A program made the translations under genes and the position numbers. Shown in pieces: positions 29,251-38,237 of a stretch of DNA of 64,000 nt; the stretch's first letter is position 1, and each line of letters opens with the position of its first letter. The DNA is from a virus: the IMG/VR virus record IMGVR_UViG_3300032116_000082, positions 30,272 through 94,271 of that record; one strand, given 5' to 3'. Below the pieces are notes generated by a model. The model was not told where the DNA came from. It did no database searches and was given only the letters and a program-made list of their open reading frames with translations.

Positions 29251-30611
29251 AAGAGCTCAGACTGAAATTCACCACGCCGCAGCTCGCGAATTTCGTTGAG
29301 TTGTAGCAGGGTAGGAGTCGATTGTGCTGCGGTAAGGGCGTAACGAATCCGTTCGGCAAACTGCTCACCGACCGCGGACCAGGAGGGTAATGCCTCTGCA
29401 CGGTCTCGACATGCCGACCCGAGATATTCAGTGAGATACGGGTCGCTAGCCAACTCAATGAGGATGTCGGCGGTGGCATTCACGTCCACTATCGCGTGGG
29501 CTGTGTTGATGTATTTCGGCTCAAACCGGTAATCCATCACGGGCAACAACTGCGCAGCCCCGGCCCAAATCTCGCGCGTCGCCGACCAGTCAGGTACAAG
29601 CTGCGTGACCCCGCATAACGCGCCTTCAACAGACGTAAGTCCCCACCCCTCACCACCGCCGGTGTTCAGCTGCACGTCCGCGGTGTTGTACAGCATCCGG
29701 AGCTGCTCATCGGTCAGCTCCGGGTACGTCCAGTGCGTACAAATCACCTTGTCCTGGACGCCGTACAGGCGAGCAAGCTGGGCGAGGTCCCATCCGTCCT
29801 TGTCATTACCACCCATGCAATGCAATACGAGCAGCGCATTCGGTCGAATCGCCGCGAGCTTGGCAAACGCCCGAATCGTGATGTCCTGGCGCTTACGGAA
29901 CTGGTTCGTATTGACATTTAGGACGACAAAGGCATCCTGCGGGAAATTCCATACCGCCCGGCAGTCCGCCTTCGACATCGGATAGAACAGGGAGTGATCG
30001 ATCCCATGCGGAACCGGCGCATACGCCTCAAGATTCTGCCGCTCAGCCAGCCGATCAACGCGCAGATGAAGCTCCATACCATCCTTGGGCAACGTCATCC
30101 ATGCGGCACGTTCGCTGAGATTCACCCCGCGATTGGCATAGGAATCAAGGACCAGGTCCACCAGGTCCCGAGTGCCTATAGCCGTCTCTTTCGCACCAAA
30201 TGTCGTATAGGGAACCGCGCTCGTCAGCGCCGCGGCACCCATGGCATAGCTCCATTTGATATTGGGCGTATCGACGGGATAATACCCAACGGTTGGGAAT
30301 CCACGCGGCACGTAACCCAGGTAGTTGGTCTGATTCCACAGATCCTGGATCATCAGCACTACATCGGGCTTGTCCTGCTTGAGCCAGCTCGGGAGCTGCG
30401 TGACGGCAAGAGGATCCTGCGAGGTCTGCCGTGTGGGCTTCAGGTCGTACGGATATGGTTCGACACGGCTTTTTGATCCAAGTCCGTATCCAAGCCCCCG
30501 ATGGATCACCTCAAAACTACCGGTGGACTGGAGATACGTCCCAATCCCACGAGCAACCCGCTCAAAACCAGTAGGCCACCCGCCATCAGCAACCATCAAA
30601 ACACGAGTCAT
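29247..30611 (-). CDS. Glycosyltransferase, GT4/GT-B fold (454 aa)
   Basis: PTGFERVA, VPHGIDHSLFYP, NTNQFRKRQD, and LYNTADVQLNTGGGEGWGLTSVEGALCG (E-x7-E motif). Confidence 0.92.
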   Translation of the reverse strand: MTRVLMVADGGWPTGFERVARGIGTYLQSTGSFEVIHRGLGYGLGSKSRVEPYPYDLKPTRQTSQDPLAVTQLPSWLKQDKPDVVLMIQDLWNQTNYLGYVPRGFPTVGYYPVDTPNIKWSYAMGAAALTSAVPYTTFGAKETAIGTRDLVDLVLDSYANRGVNLSERAAWMTLPKDGMELHLRVDRLAERQNLEAYAPVPHGIDHSLFYPMSKADCRAVWNFPQDAFVVLNVNTNQFRKRQDITIRAFAKLAAIRPNALLVLHCMGGNDKDGWDLAQLARLYGVQDKVICTHWTYPELTDEQLRMLYNTADVQLNTGGGEGWGLTSVEGALCGVTQLVPDWSATREIWAGAAQLLPVMDYRFEPKYINTAHAIVDVNATADILIELASDPYLTEYLGSACRDRAEALPSWSAVGEQFAERIRYALTAAQSTPTLLQLNEIRELRRGEFQSELL

Positions 30612-31003
30612 TACCGTTCGACCATATAGGGGACTTCAACCAACGGCGGCAGCGGAACCCGATTGTATTCTGGGGTTATCCCTGTCCGCTCTAGATACGC
30701 GACCTCCACCTGCTCAATGGATCGCGCGCGACGAGGGCTCATATACGGCTGGAAACGTTTCATTAGCTGCATGGCGCGACGACCACGGAGCATTAGGCGA
30801 TACGTCACGGCACTGTTTGGACGACTTTCCCGACGATCCCTACGTGAATAACTAAGCCCCAAGATGGCAGCAATACGAGCAATCACATGCTCGTCTTTCA
30901 TCTCGACTTGAATCACCGGGGATCGCTGACTGGCCAGGTATCCGAAATACGCTTCCCCCTCGAATACGCCGACCAGCCAGAAGAACGTGTGCGAATCGTC
31001 CAA
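30611..31003 (-). CDS. Free-standing single-motif LAGLIDADG endonuclease-like protein (130 aa)
   Basis: WLVGVFEGEAYF...IQVEMKDEHVI...Y...LMKRFQPYMSPRR. TTG start; TAATG coupling to the glycosyltransferase. Confidence 0.75.
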   Translation of the reverse strand: MDDSHTFFWLVGVFEGEAYFGYLASQRSPVIQVEMKDEHVIARIAAILGLSYSRRDRRESRPNSAVTYRLMLRGRRAMQLMKRFQPYMSPRRARSIEQVEVAYLERTGITPEYNRVPLPPLVEVPYMVER

Positions 31004-31051
31004 ACAGTGTACCGTGAAATGTTATATCTATTGACCGGTTCGACGGTCTTC

Positions 31052-32761
31052 TTACGCCTCCGTCACAAGCGCATCCGGCGTACGACCTGCGCCAGGATCC
31101 TTCCCATCGCCCTGGCCTTGGACGCCGCCCGTGGCCTGTCCCTGAAGACCCTGCGGAGGTGCGAACGCCTGTTCCCATGTAGTCACATCGGGATTCAAGC
31201 CACGTTCCTGGCACTTGAGAAGGAACTCGGCATTCGGATCCCGACCCGACGCGGAAATCAGCGAGTGCAGCGAGACCGCCCCCGCCAGGTAATCCGCCCG
31301 ATTCTGCGTCCGCGTTTCCTTGTAGTCGGCCATGAGGGAGGCGTCGAACTCCCAGATCAGGTCGACCCCGTCATAGCCATTTTCGATCGAAATGCGCTCG
31401 CCCAGCGTAGTCAGGACAGCCGCAAAGTTGTTGGCTAGTTCCTGCATCTGGGCCGCGGCACCGACCATCGAGGCCCAGCTAGCACCGGATCCGTTCCCAA
31501 CATTCCCCATTAGCAGCGCATCCGGAAGGCCAAGCGCCATCTTGATCTTCTGATCCGCAATCTCGTACCGCTTATTGAGGTCGAGGACTGACTGGTTGCT
31601 GCCCACGTCCGTGACCTTGACATCGTCGCCCTGCCAGACAATGACCATGGAGGGGGAGATTTCCTCGAAGAAAGACTGCATGAGGGCTGCGCGGGCCGCT
31701 GCCACATCCGCCTTGGAATACGGAGACTTGGGATCTGCCGACCCAACCTGAACGATCGTCAGGCGGTTAATCACGTTTTCCATACTGACCAAGTCAATCG
31801 CGGTCAGTGCCCGGCTGAACCGAATACCCAGCTTGGCCGGTTCGATCATGGACTCACCCACCGGGTCCGTGGCAAACCCCCGGTGCTTGACATGAAGAAG
31901 TAGGGCCGGAGTTAGAAGTACCCGATTATTCTTCTTCAGCTCTTCCTTGGTCTTGGTGTCCACCAGGCGCTTGACCACATCATTGATTTCCTTGGTCTTG
32001 CTGCCGTTGATAATCAGCTGCGCCAGCGTCGAATCCGGCTTCCAGTACCAGAGCTCTCCAAGTCCGGACAGCTCCGTCACTGGCTCCAGGTTCACCATGG
32101 AAATCGTCTGAATCGTCATCGGCAGGCTGACGTTCCCCACGGTCGGTAGATTCACCTTCGTCCACTGCTGACGGGCGACCCAATCTCCTTCGACCAGCGC
32201 GTGCCGCACCCCGTTGTGGACAATCGACTTCATGCCGCGCTCGCTGGTAATCACACCACCCAGCGGCGAATTGTTCACATTGACGGTGAAATAGTCGAGG
32301 ATCATCTGCAGGTCCTCGATCGCCTTCCGCGACTTGCCCCGACGCGCATGGCGAACCTTGTACCGTCCGCCGACGCCAATCAGAGCCGCCGTCTTATTGA
32401 CGGCGTTATTGATGATGCCTTCATTCTTGTAGATCTCTCGGTACTGCTTGACCTTGGTCGTCAGATTCGTTGTTGGTTTACCGCCGAGATCCGCGAAATC
32501 CGCAATCGTGGTGATATAGTCCGACGTCTTGCCTGGATCTCGGCTCAGGGCCGCCAGAGCCATAATTTCATGGCGGCCATCCTCGAGCGTCCTGGTCTGG
32601 ATTCGAAGCTCCTTGCTGCTATGCCGAGGGGCAAATCGACCCGTAGAAACAATTTCCTGCCGGAGCCTCTCGTGCTCATCCCCGGCAAACAGGTCCTCGA
32701 GCATCATCGTGCCGCCCAAGACCTGGGTCTGAATGCCGCCAATATCCGTAATGTCCGCCAT
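31052..32761 (-). CDS. Portal protein (569 aa)
   Basis: Downstream of TerL. YKNEGIINNAVNK, KRYEIADQKIKMALGLPDALLMG, and YLAGAVSLHSLI...GRDP portal-like motifs. Confidence 0.85.
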   Translation of the reverse strand: MADITDIGGIQTQVLGGTMMLEDLFAGDEHERLRQEIVSTGRFAPRHSSKELRIQTRTLEDGRHEIMALAALSRDPGKTSDYITTIADFADLGGKPTTNLTTKVKQYREIYKNEGIINNAVNKTAALIGVGGRYKVRHARRGKSRKAIEDLQMILDYFTVNVNNSPLGGVITSERGMKSIVHNGVRHALVEGDWVARQQWTKVNLPTVGNVSLPMTIQTISMVNLEPVTELSGLGELWYWKPDSTLAQLIINGSKTKEINDVVKRLVDTKTKEELKKNNRVLLTPALLLHVKHRGFATDPVGESMIEPAKLGIRFSRALTAIDLVSMENVINRLTIVQVGSADPKSPYSKADVAAARAALMQSFFEEISPSMVIVWQGDDVKVTDVGSNQSVLDLNKRYEIADQKIKMALGLPDALLMGNVGNGSGASWASMVGAAAQMQELANNFAAVLTTLGERISIENGYDGVDLIWEFDASLMADYKETRTQNRADYLAGAVSLHSLISASGRDPNAEFLLKCQERGLNPDVTTWEQAFAPPQGLQGQATGGVQGQGDGKDPGAGRTPDALVTEA

Positions 32762-32770
32762 AACAGGTCC

Positions 32771-33073
32771 TCAGAGTCCGAGCTTGAACGGGGTGTCTAT
32801 GCTCGCCTTGCGAATCTGCGCGGCGGCTACACGGGGACAATCGATACGACTGCAGACTGTGCCTTCCTCAACCTCCTGGTCACAGACGGCACACTTGTAG
32901 GTCTGTGCCGCGTGCGACAGCAGGCAGGGGTCCTTCTCACAAGGCGTAGTTGAACCGCAGGCACACACCGCGGCACTCGAGACGGCCTGGCACCCAGGCG
33001 TATCGCACTCGGCGGGCAACGTCTTGCCGCACACCTCGCACGTCTTAGAAAAGTCTGAACCGTGATCTTCCAT
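32771..33073 (-). CDS. Cys-rich metal-binding protein (100 aa)
   Basis: 12 Cys in CxxC, CxC and Cx4C units; AGGAGG RBS. Confidence 0.6.
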   Translation of the reverse strand: MEDHGSDFSKTCEVCGKTLPAECDTPGCQAVSSAAVCACGSTTPCEKDPCLLSHAAQTYKCAVCDQEVEEGTVCSRIDCPRVAAAQIRKASIDTPFKLGL

Positions 33074-35150
33074 GTCCCCCTCCTATGCGGGTAACCACCG
33101 CGCCCAGGGGCGGTGGCGTATCTTCGATCATGCGCTGACGAATCACATGGGCGCGCAACTGCTTGGCGGCGTAAATGAACGCTGCCCACAAGTCCTTCTT
33201 GTTACCGGCCTGTTCCGTATCACCCTTCATGAAGAACTGCCGAAAGTTCTTGGTAGGCTTCTGCTGGAGCGCCCGAAGCTGATGGGCCAGGATCTTTGCC
33301 CCGTTGTAGCCAATGTCAATCTTGACATCAAACGGTCGCTCGGATTCCGGAATATCCTTTGGTAGGTACAGCAGCTTCTGCGTCATCTGTCCGAGCGTAA
33401 ACTCCACCAATCGGTCATTCAGCTGATCGGACGGGAAAATGGCGTCCAGCATGGGCAACGACCGCAGGTCCGAAGCAAACGCCTGGACGCGTTCGTCCGG
33501 ATCAAGCGGATCGTAGATCCGGTACTCTTCCGGTCCGAGATCCTGCTTGTTGATATGTACAAGCTCATCTCGAACGCCCGAGCCACCACCGCGCATATCC
33601 AGGCCGACCGCCCGGCACAACTTCCACGTGTCCGTCTCGTGCGCATCATGGAAGTACACGAGGTTGTACCGATCCTTGAACTCCCGGATCTTGTTCGCAA
33701 CGTCCGCGTGACTCGTCATCCGGTGCTGTTCCGCCCACACCACATTCGACCAGGACGACTTGCCCAAGCCGGTGACCGGGTTGAACTCCCCATCGGCCAG
33801 CGGGCCAACGCGCATAACGACAAATGCGGAAAAGTCCCGACTGCCAGGGGCATAGTCGACACCGAGCACACAGGGATCGGAGCACGACCACATGACCGGC
33901 GGGATAAAATGACTATCTGGATCGGGATACTTGCGCTTCCACTCCGCCCCACAATCCTCATGGGCGAGGATGTACCGGTTGCCCTTGCAAGAGGCCGCAT
34001 CCACTACCTGGTGCGGGTACACATCACCCGTGGACGTATCCACGACATTCCGCTGCTCGGCCAACCAGATGGCCTCTGGGGTTTCCCCGGAGAGCAGCTT
34101 GTCCTCGACGTTACGATTGATTGGGTACGTAGTGATGATTTCGACCGGTACGCCCTGAACCTGAAATCGATTGTTTTCGCCGCGAACCGTGAACGGCAGT
34201 CCGCGGATATCGCGCTTAAACCGGCGAGTGGCATCCGGCCACGTGATCTCCAGTCGCCGACCATCGCGCGTGTCTAGGTGACGGCGGATAATGGTGTCCG
34301 TATAGTCGAAAGACACATACTGCGTCTGCAAAATGCCTTTTCGGCGATACTCATCATACAGCGGCCAGTTGCCCAACTTCGCAGCGTCCAGGGCGGCCAG
34401 GTCGCGAGCCATGCCCTCATACGCTGCCGTCGCCGTTTTCTGGAAGTCGCGCCACCCGTAGTCAATGGTGGTCGTGTAGAAGACGTTGTTAATCGCAGCG
34501 TTATCGCCGCCCGTCTTGAAGTCCCCAAGAACGTTCAAGAAGGAATCCGCGACCTTGGACATGAGTTCGAGGTCGGTGAAATTCGCCTCGTCTACATATA
34601 GGTCGTTGCCGCGAATACCTCGGATCTTTTCAGGGTCGTTGGTCGGAACCGTCAGCAAGTGAGATGCCGATGTAAAATCGATGCGCCAGTAGTTCTGTTG
34701 CCTCAGTACAACCTTTTCGTACACAACCGAGTTCTTGACGAAATCAAGACCAGACTCCTGGTCGAACCAGGCCCCGTTGATCCACTTCTCCGCATCGTCG
34801 TAAAGCAGCTGACCACCGCGAAAACCACCTGCCGAGAGTGTGACTCCTTTCCGCTTGGGAAAGAACAGCGCCCGATAGCTAGCGTACAACACGTCTACGA
34901 CGGCCGACTTGGACGTACCACGACTGCAGACATATACCGTCGTTGGTGCGCCGAGGTGCGCAGCATAGAGCATGAGCCGCTGATGCGGAGGAATGAAGAT
35001 CCCCGTCAAGGATCGCAAGGCGATATCCGGCCAGTGACGCCACCGCATAAGCGGCTTGTACAGACGATCGGCCTCGATCGCCTGCTCTGCCGTTTGCGGC
35101 GTCCTCAGTGTGTCCGCCAAGGACCTCGTCCAGGGTCTAATCGTGAGCAA
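33045..35150 (-). CDS. terL: Terminase large subunit (701 aa)
   Basis: PPHQ adenine-binding motif, Walker A CSRGTSKS, IRGIRGNDLYVDEA (Walker B), nuclease motifs LGVDYA...DFSA, GLDMRGGG and KKDLWAA. Confidence 0.92.
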   Translation of the reverse strand: MLTIRPWTRSLADTLRTPQTAEQAIEADRLYKPLMRWRHWPDIALRSLTGIFIPPHQRLMLYAAHLGAPTTVYVCSRGTSKSAVVDVLYASYRALFFPKRKGVTLSAGGFRGGQLLYDDAEKWINGAWFDQESGLDFVKNSVVYEKVVLRQQNYWRIDFTSASHLLTVPTNDPEKIRGIRGNDLYVDEANFTDLELMSKVADSFLNVLGDFKTGGDNAAINNVFYTTTIDYGWRDFQKTATAAYEGMARDLAALDAAKLGNWPLYDEYRRKGILQTQYVSFDYTDTIIRRHLDTRDGRRLEITWPDATRRFKRDIRGLPFTVRGENNRFQVQGVPVEIITTYPINRNVEDKLLSGETPEAIWLAEQRNVVDTSTGDVYPHQVVDAASCKGNRYILAHEDCGAEWKRKYPDPDSHFIPPVMWSCSDPCVLGVDYAPGSRDFSAFVVMRVGPLADGEFNPVTGLGKSSWSNVVWAEQHRMTSHADVANKIREFKDRYNLVYFHDAHETDTWKLCRAVGLDMRGGGSGVRDELVHINKQDLGPEEYRIYDPLDPDERVQAFASDLRSLPMLDAIFPSDQLNDRLVEFTLGQMTQKLLYLPKDIPESERPFDVKIDIGYNGAKILAHQLRALQQKPTKNFRQFFMKGDTEQAGNKKDLWAAFIYAAKQLRAHVIRQRMIEDTPPPLGAVVTRIGGGHGRSRFRLF

Positions 35151-36192
35151 TCGCGTCGTCCTCTACCGGCTCTTGTACCTGCGTATCGTCGATCGGTACT
35201 TCCTTAAGGAATCCCTTCTTTGCCAACCACGACTCAATTTCGTCGATCTGGAGCCCAGCATAATTCCTGGTGCCACATTTCGCACACTCACAGGTCCGAC
35301 ACCGGGTCGCACCAAACAGCCCGACGTCGTCGAGCTGATAACCGCCCATGTTTGACCGCGGGCTCGGCGTGTGGTACATCTGAAACAGGACCAGCAGCTC
35401 CTCGGCAAGCCAGCGCTCACGGAGCTCAATCGCATTGGTCTCCTCCAGGCGCCGTACCGCCTCCCCGATAGTCCCGCCTTCCTTCTCCTTCTGCTGCTTA
35501 GCCAGCTGGTCCGGGTGGATGTTCAGCGCCTTTTCCAGCTCAACGATCTGCTTCGTCAGCTGCTGGATCTGAAACTCCTCGGTCTTACCCTTCTGGTCCT
35601 TGGCCTGCCGGAAGCGGATGCGGTCAAGAAGCAGCGTGAGATCCAGGAGCATGTCCAGCTTAGACTCCGACGCGACGGAGCGAAGCTGCGGGAAGTCCTT
35701 GAGGTAGGCGTCCTTCAGCCGCTCACGTCGCTCGAGCTCGGCGGAGGTGAAGAACACCAGCGGGTCGTCACCATACGTTGCTTCCCCCGCCACCTTCTTC
35801 CGATATTCATCCGGAAGATTCTTGTCTGTGGCCTGCGCCTCCTTCTTGGCTTTAGCTACTTCCTTTTCACGAGTCTTCCTGGCTCTCCGCTTCTCATCGG
35901 CCGTGACAAGGGGCGCCATCGCATCTAGGTCAAACCGACACGCAGAACGTACACGGGCCGTGAGCGTTGAAGTCGCCATGGCAAACCACGGCGATTTGCC
36001 ATCCGAAGGCAGCACACCCTTCAAACAACAATCCAAATAGTACTTGGCCGCTGCAACCGGCTCCTTCGTATTGCGCGTCTGGGCAAACCAATCGGCGATT
36101 TTTTCGATCGCCTCCTGATATCGTTCCGGCGCAATGTCCGAACCGACCTCATAGATCAAAGGCTCCCGCAGCGTTTTGCCGCCACGTGGCAT
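35137..36192 (-). CDS. Putative terminase small subunit/packaging protein (351 aa) with a C-terminal Cys cluster
   Basis: Immediately upstream of and overlapping terL. Helical core LEKALNIHPDQ; CRTCECAKC. Confidence 0.5.
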   Translation of the reverse strand: MPRGGKTLREPLIYEVGSDIAPERYQEAIEKIADWFAQTRNTKEPVAAAKYYLDCCLKGVLPSDGKSPWFAMATSTLTARVRSACRFDLDAMAPLVTADEKRRARKTREKEVAKAKKEAQATDKNLPDEYRKKVAGEATYGDDPLVFFTSAELERRERLKDAYLKDFPQLRSVASESKLDMLLDLTLLLDRIRFRQAKDQKGKTEEFQIQQLTKQIVELEKALNIHPDQLAKQQKEKEGGTIGEAVRRLEETNAIELRERWLAEELLVLFQMYHTPSPRSNMGGYQLDDVGLFGATRCRTCECAKCGTRNYAGLQIDEIESWLAKKGFLKEVPIDDTQVQEPVEDDAIAHD

Positions 36193-36584
36193 TACTCCTC
36201 CTCCTCTTCGAGATTCCGCTTGAAGTGCTTTGACACATCGTTGCGACTGCTTTGGAGCGATACCGGCGGCATAACCAGGTCAAAATCGCCAGCGACGTCG
36301 CGGACCAACTGCTCCCCCCGCTCGAGTCTGGCGTCGAGAGATTCAGTGTTGTAGATCCGCTCGCGCCGTAAATAGTCAATCATTCGGAACTTGAGCGCTT
36401 GGCGAATGTAAGCATCCGGATTGTCCTTGGCCCGACCAGGATTACAGTTCCAGAGGGCAATCAGCCCCTCCTGGTACAGATCCTCGGCCAAGGTGTCGTT
36501 TGTCTGGGCCAACTTCCAAGATATGGCACGAATTACCAGATCGTACTTTGGCAGGAAGTAGGTTTCGAACTCCTCATTGGTCAT
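36192..36584 (-). CDS. Stand-alone sigma70 region 2 protein (130 aa), putative subunit of a split sigma factor
   Basis: YDLVIRAISWKL...AEDLYQEGLIALW...AYIRQALKFRMIDYLRRE, then ESLD and an acidic tail. No region 4. GAGGGAG RBS before ATG 36584. Confidence 0.88.
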   Translation of the reverse strand: MTNEEFETYFLPKYDLVIRAISWKLAQTNDTLAEDLYQEGLIALWNCNPGRAKDNPDAYIRQALKFRMIDYLRRERIYNTESLDARLERGEQLVRDVAGDFDLVMPPVSLQSSRNDVSKHFKRNLEEEEE

Positions 36585-36616
36585 ACCAGCTCCCTCGGAC
36601 AACAGTTAAGCCCGAT

Positions 36617-36648
36617 ACTAGGTCGTACTTTTGTGATTTCAGACGAAA
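36617..36648 (-). promoter_or_regulatory. Putative phage late promoter H (variant), upstream of the sigma region 2-TerS-TerL-portal operon
   Basis: Minus strand TTTCG-tctgaaatcacaaaagta(18)-CGACCTAGT. Confidence 0.6.
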
Positions 36649-36686
36649 ATCGGGGGCTGGGGAGCTGTTTTCGTCGATTCTACGCG

Positions 36687-36947
36687 TTATTTGACTGATT
36701 CTGAGAGTCTTCGAATGGCGGCGGTGCGGATATATCGTATGGCAGCCTCGGACAGCGGCTTTCCCCGCATCTTTTGTCCTACATACCAGCCAATCGCGGC
36801 ATAGGTCGGCGGCCACGAAGCATTTGGCCACGGCCAATCCGGCGGATGTCGAAGCCCAAAGACCAATTCGACGACCAGGCGATGTTCGTCGGACAACGTG
36901 ATCAACAGCTGCTCGACCGCAATGCGGTTGATTAGATCGTCTTCCAT
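36687..36947 (-). CDS. Stand-alone sigma70 region 4 protein (86 aa), putative subunit of a split sigma factor
   Basis: LITLSDEHRLVVELVFGL...TYAAIG...LSEAAIRYIRTAAIRRL aligns with RpoD region 4 (LTAREAKVLRMRFGI...TLEEVG...VTRERIRQIEAKALRKL). TGATG-coupled to ruvC. Confidence 0.85.
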   Translation of the reverse strand: MEDDLINRIAVEQLLITLSDEHRLVVELVFGLRHPPDWPWPNASWPPTYAAIGWYVGQKMRGKPLSEAAIRYIRTAAIRRLSESVK

Positions 36948-37600
36948 CAGGCCGCCTCATCTACAGTGTCGGCCTGACGTTCACGCATCAGATGCCAGGC
37001 CCAATTCAGCGCAATCGCATCGGCTTCATCATCCTGCGTAATCTTCTTGGTTGTATCGTTCGCCTTGAACTTCAGATTCAGTCCAAACTGCTGGTTGACC
37101 ATCAACAGAACGATCTTCTTGTTGGCCTCATGGTCGGTTCCCTTCTTCGCCCCAATCGCCCGCTTAACCAGATGGGCCGCGACAGCCTCGTCCTTGTCAA
37201 ACTCCCGCCCATAATGCTCGAAGTGGGCCGATTCGATGATGCCTACATATCGTGACAGAATGCCATAGGTGTTCTTCATCCGGCCCTGATACGGCGCCTC
37301 ATAGATTACGACATGCGGCGCCCATTCCTGGAGCATGCCCAGCAACCACGCGCGGAAGTTCATCAAACGCTCGCCGTGACCTGTTCCCGTCTGGCGATAA
37401 CACCCGTGTACCAGCAGGGCACCATTATCGAAAATGGACCAGCCGCACGCACGAGAGCTAGAGTCAAGGGCGAGCACGCGAGTCACGCCGCCTACCGGCG
37501 CGACGGGCTGCGCCTTTCGCCGAGCGGGACCACGCGTCCGGTGCTTCGTTGGTCTGGGGGTGCGCTGCTTTCGCGAACGACCGAGCTTAGCGCGCGGCAC
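36947..37600 (-). CDS. ruvC: RuvC-like Holliday junction resolvase (217 aa)
   Basis: RVLALDSSSRACGWS, VIYEAPY, and DDEADAIAL catalytic acidic residues. Confidence 0.88.
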   Translation of the reverse strand: MPRAKLGRSRKQRTPRPTKHRTRGPARRKAQPVAPVGGVTRVLALDSSSRACGWSIFDNGALLVHGCYRQTGTGHGERLMNFRAWLLGMLQEWAPHVVIYEAPYQGRMKNTYGILSRYVGIIESAHFEHYGREFDKDEAVAAHLVKRAIGAKKGTDHEANKKIVLLMVNQQFGLNLKFKANDTTKKITQDDEADAIALNWAWHLMRERQADTVDEAA

Positions 37601-38237
37601 GATCTACTCCGACAGGGAGCATCTTTCGGAGCAGAGACACCTTCTCCGACGTGGTGACGGCCAAGACGCTGGGCTTACGCCCTAAATGGCCTGCCAGATA
37701 CAAATGGGCATCAACCTGCCATTGAAGCGTGTCCGCGTAGCCAGGATCGTTATAGATGACACCGTTAAACAAACTCAGCGGGCACATATCGATATTCGTC
37801 TCTGATTCGTGCGCGCGCTGTTCGGAGGTCATGTTGTTGGCTACGTGGCGCTGCGGCGCGTCCACCCGATAGACCAGGCCGCCGTGATCGCGAATAAACC
37901 GGATCTCATTGATAAAACGGACATCGGTGATTACGAACTTGTCGAAGCCCCACGACTCTTCAATGCGGCGAATCCGCGCAAACAGGGCGCGCGCCCACAC
38001 GTCTTCTCCATGAACGTGTCTGCCGCGCTCCGTGCCTTCCTGCTGAAGCCACGTCCTGATCGCAACCGGCTTGGGTCCAAGGAACACCTCCTCGTAACTC
38101 GCCACTCCGGTTGCGATCGCTCGAATCTTGATGTCTTCGGCTAGGCTGACATCCAAGTAGCCGAGTGGCCTCAAATAGCGATCTGCGATGGTGTTCTTGC
38201 CGACCCCAGCACGTCCGGCAAGAGCCACCACCTTCAT
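37587..38237 (-). CDS. Deoxynucleoside monophosphate kinase (216 aa)
   Basis: LAGRAGVGKNTIA P-loop, LAEDIK, RTWLQQEGTERGR, VITDVRFINE, HESE. Confidence 0.9.
   Translation of the reverse strand: MKVVALAGRAGVGKNTIADRYLRPLGYLDVSLAEDIKIRAIATGVASYEEVFLGPKPVAIRTWLQQEGTERGRHVHGEDVWARALFARIRRIEESWGFDKFVITDVRFINEIRFIRDHGGLVYRVDAPQRHVANNMTSEQRAHESETNIDMCPLSLFNGVIYNDPGYADTLQWQVDAHLYLAGHLGRKPSVLAVTTSEKVSLLRKMLPVGVDRAAR

Noticed and set aside
33045-35150. Intein or intron in TerL (extra segments) or in PolA/helicase
   Set aside because: No intein C/S...HN termini and no frame break; the inserts are short in-frame loops.
36585-36686. Single circularly permuted sigma made by stop read-through (the two ORFs share a frame)
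   Set aside because: After the TAA there are further in-frame TGA, TAG and TAA stops, and the second ORF has its own RBS.
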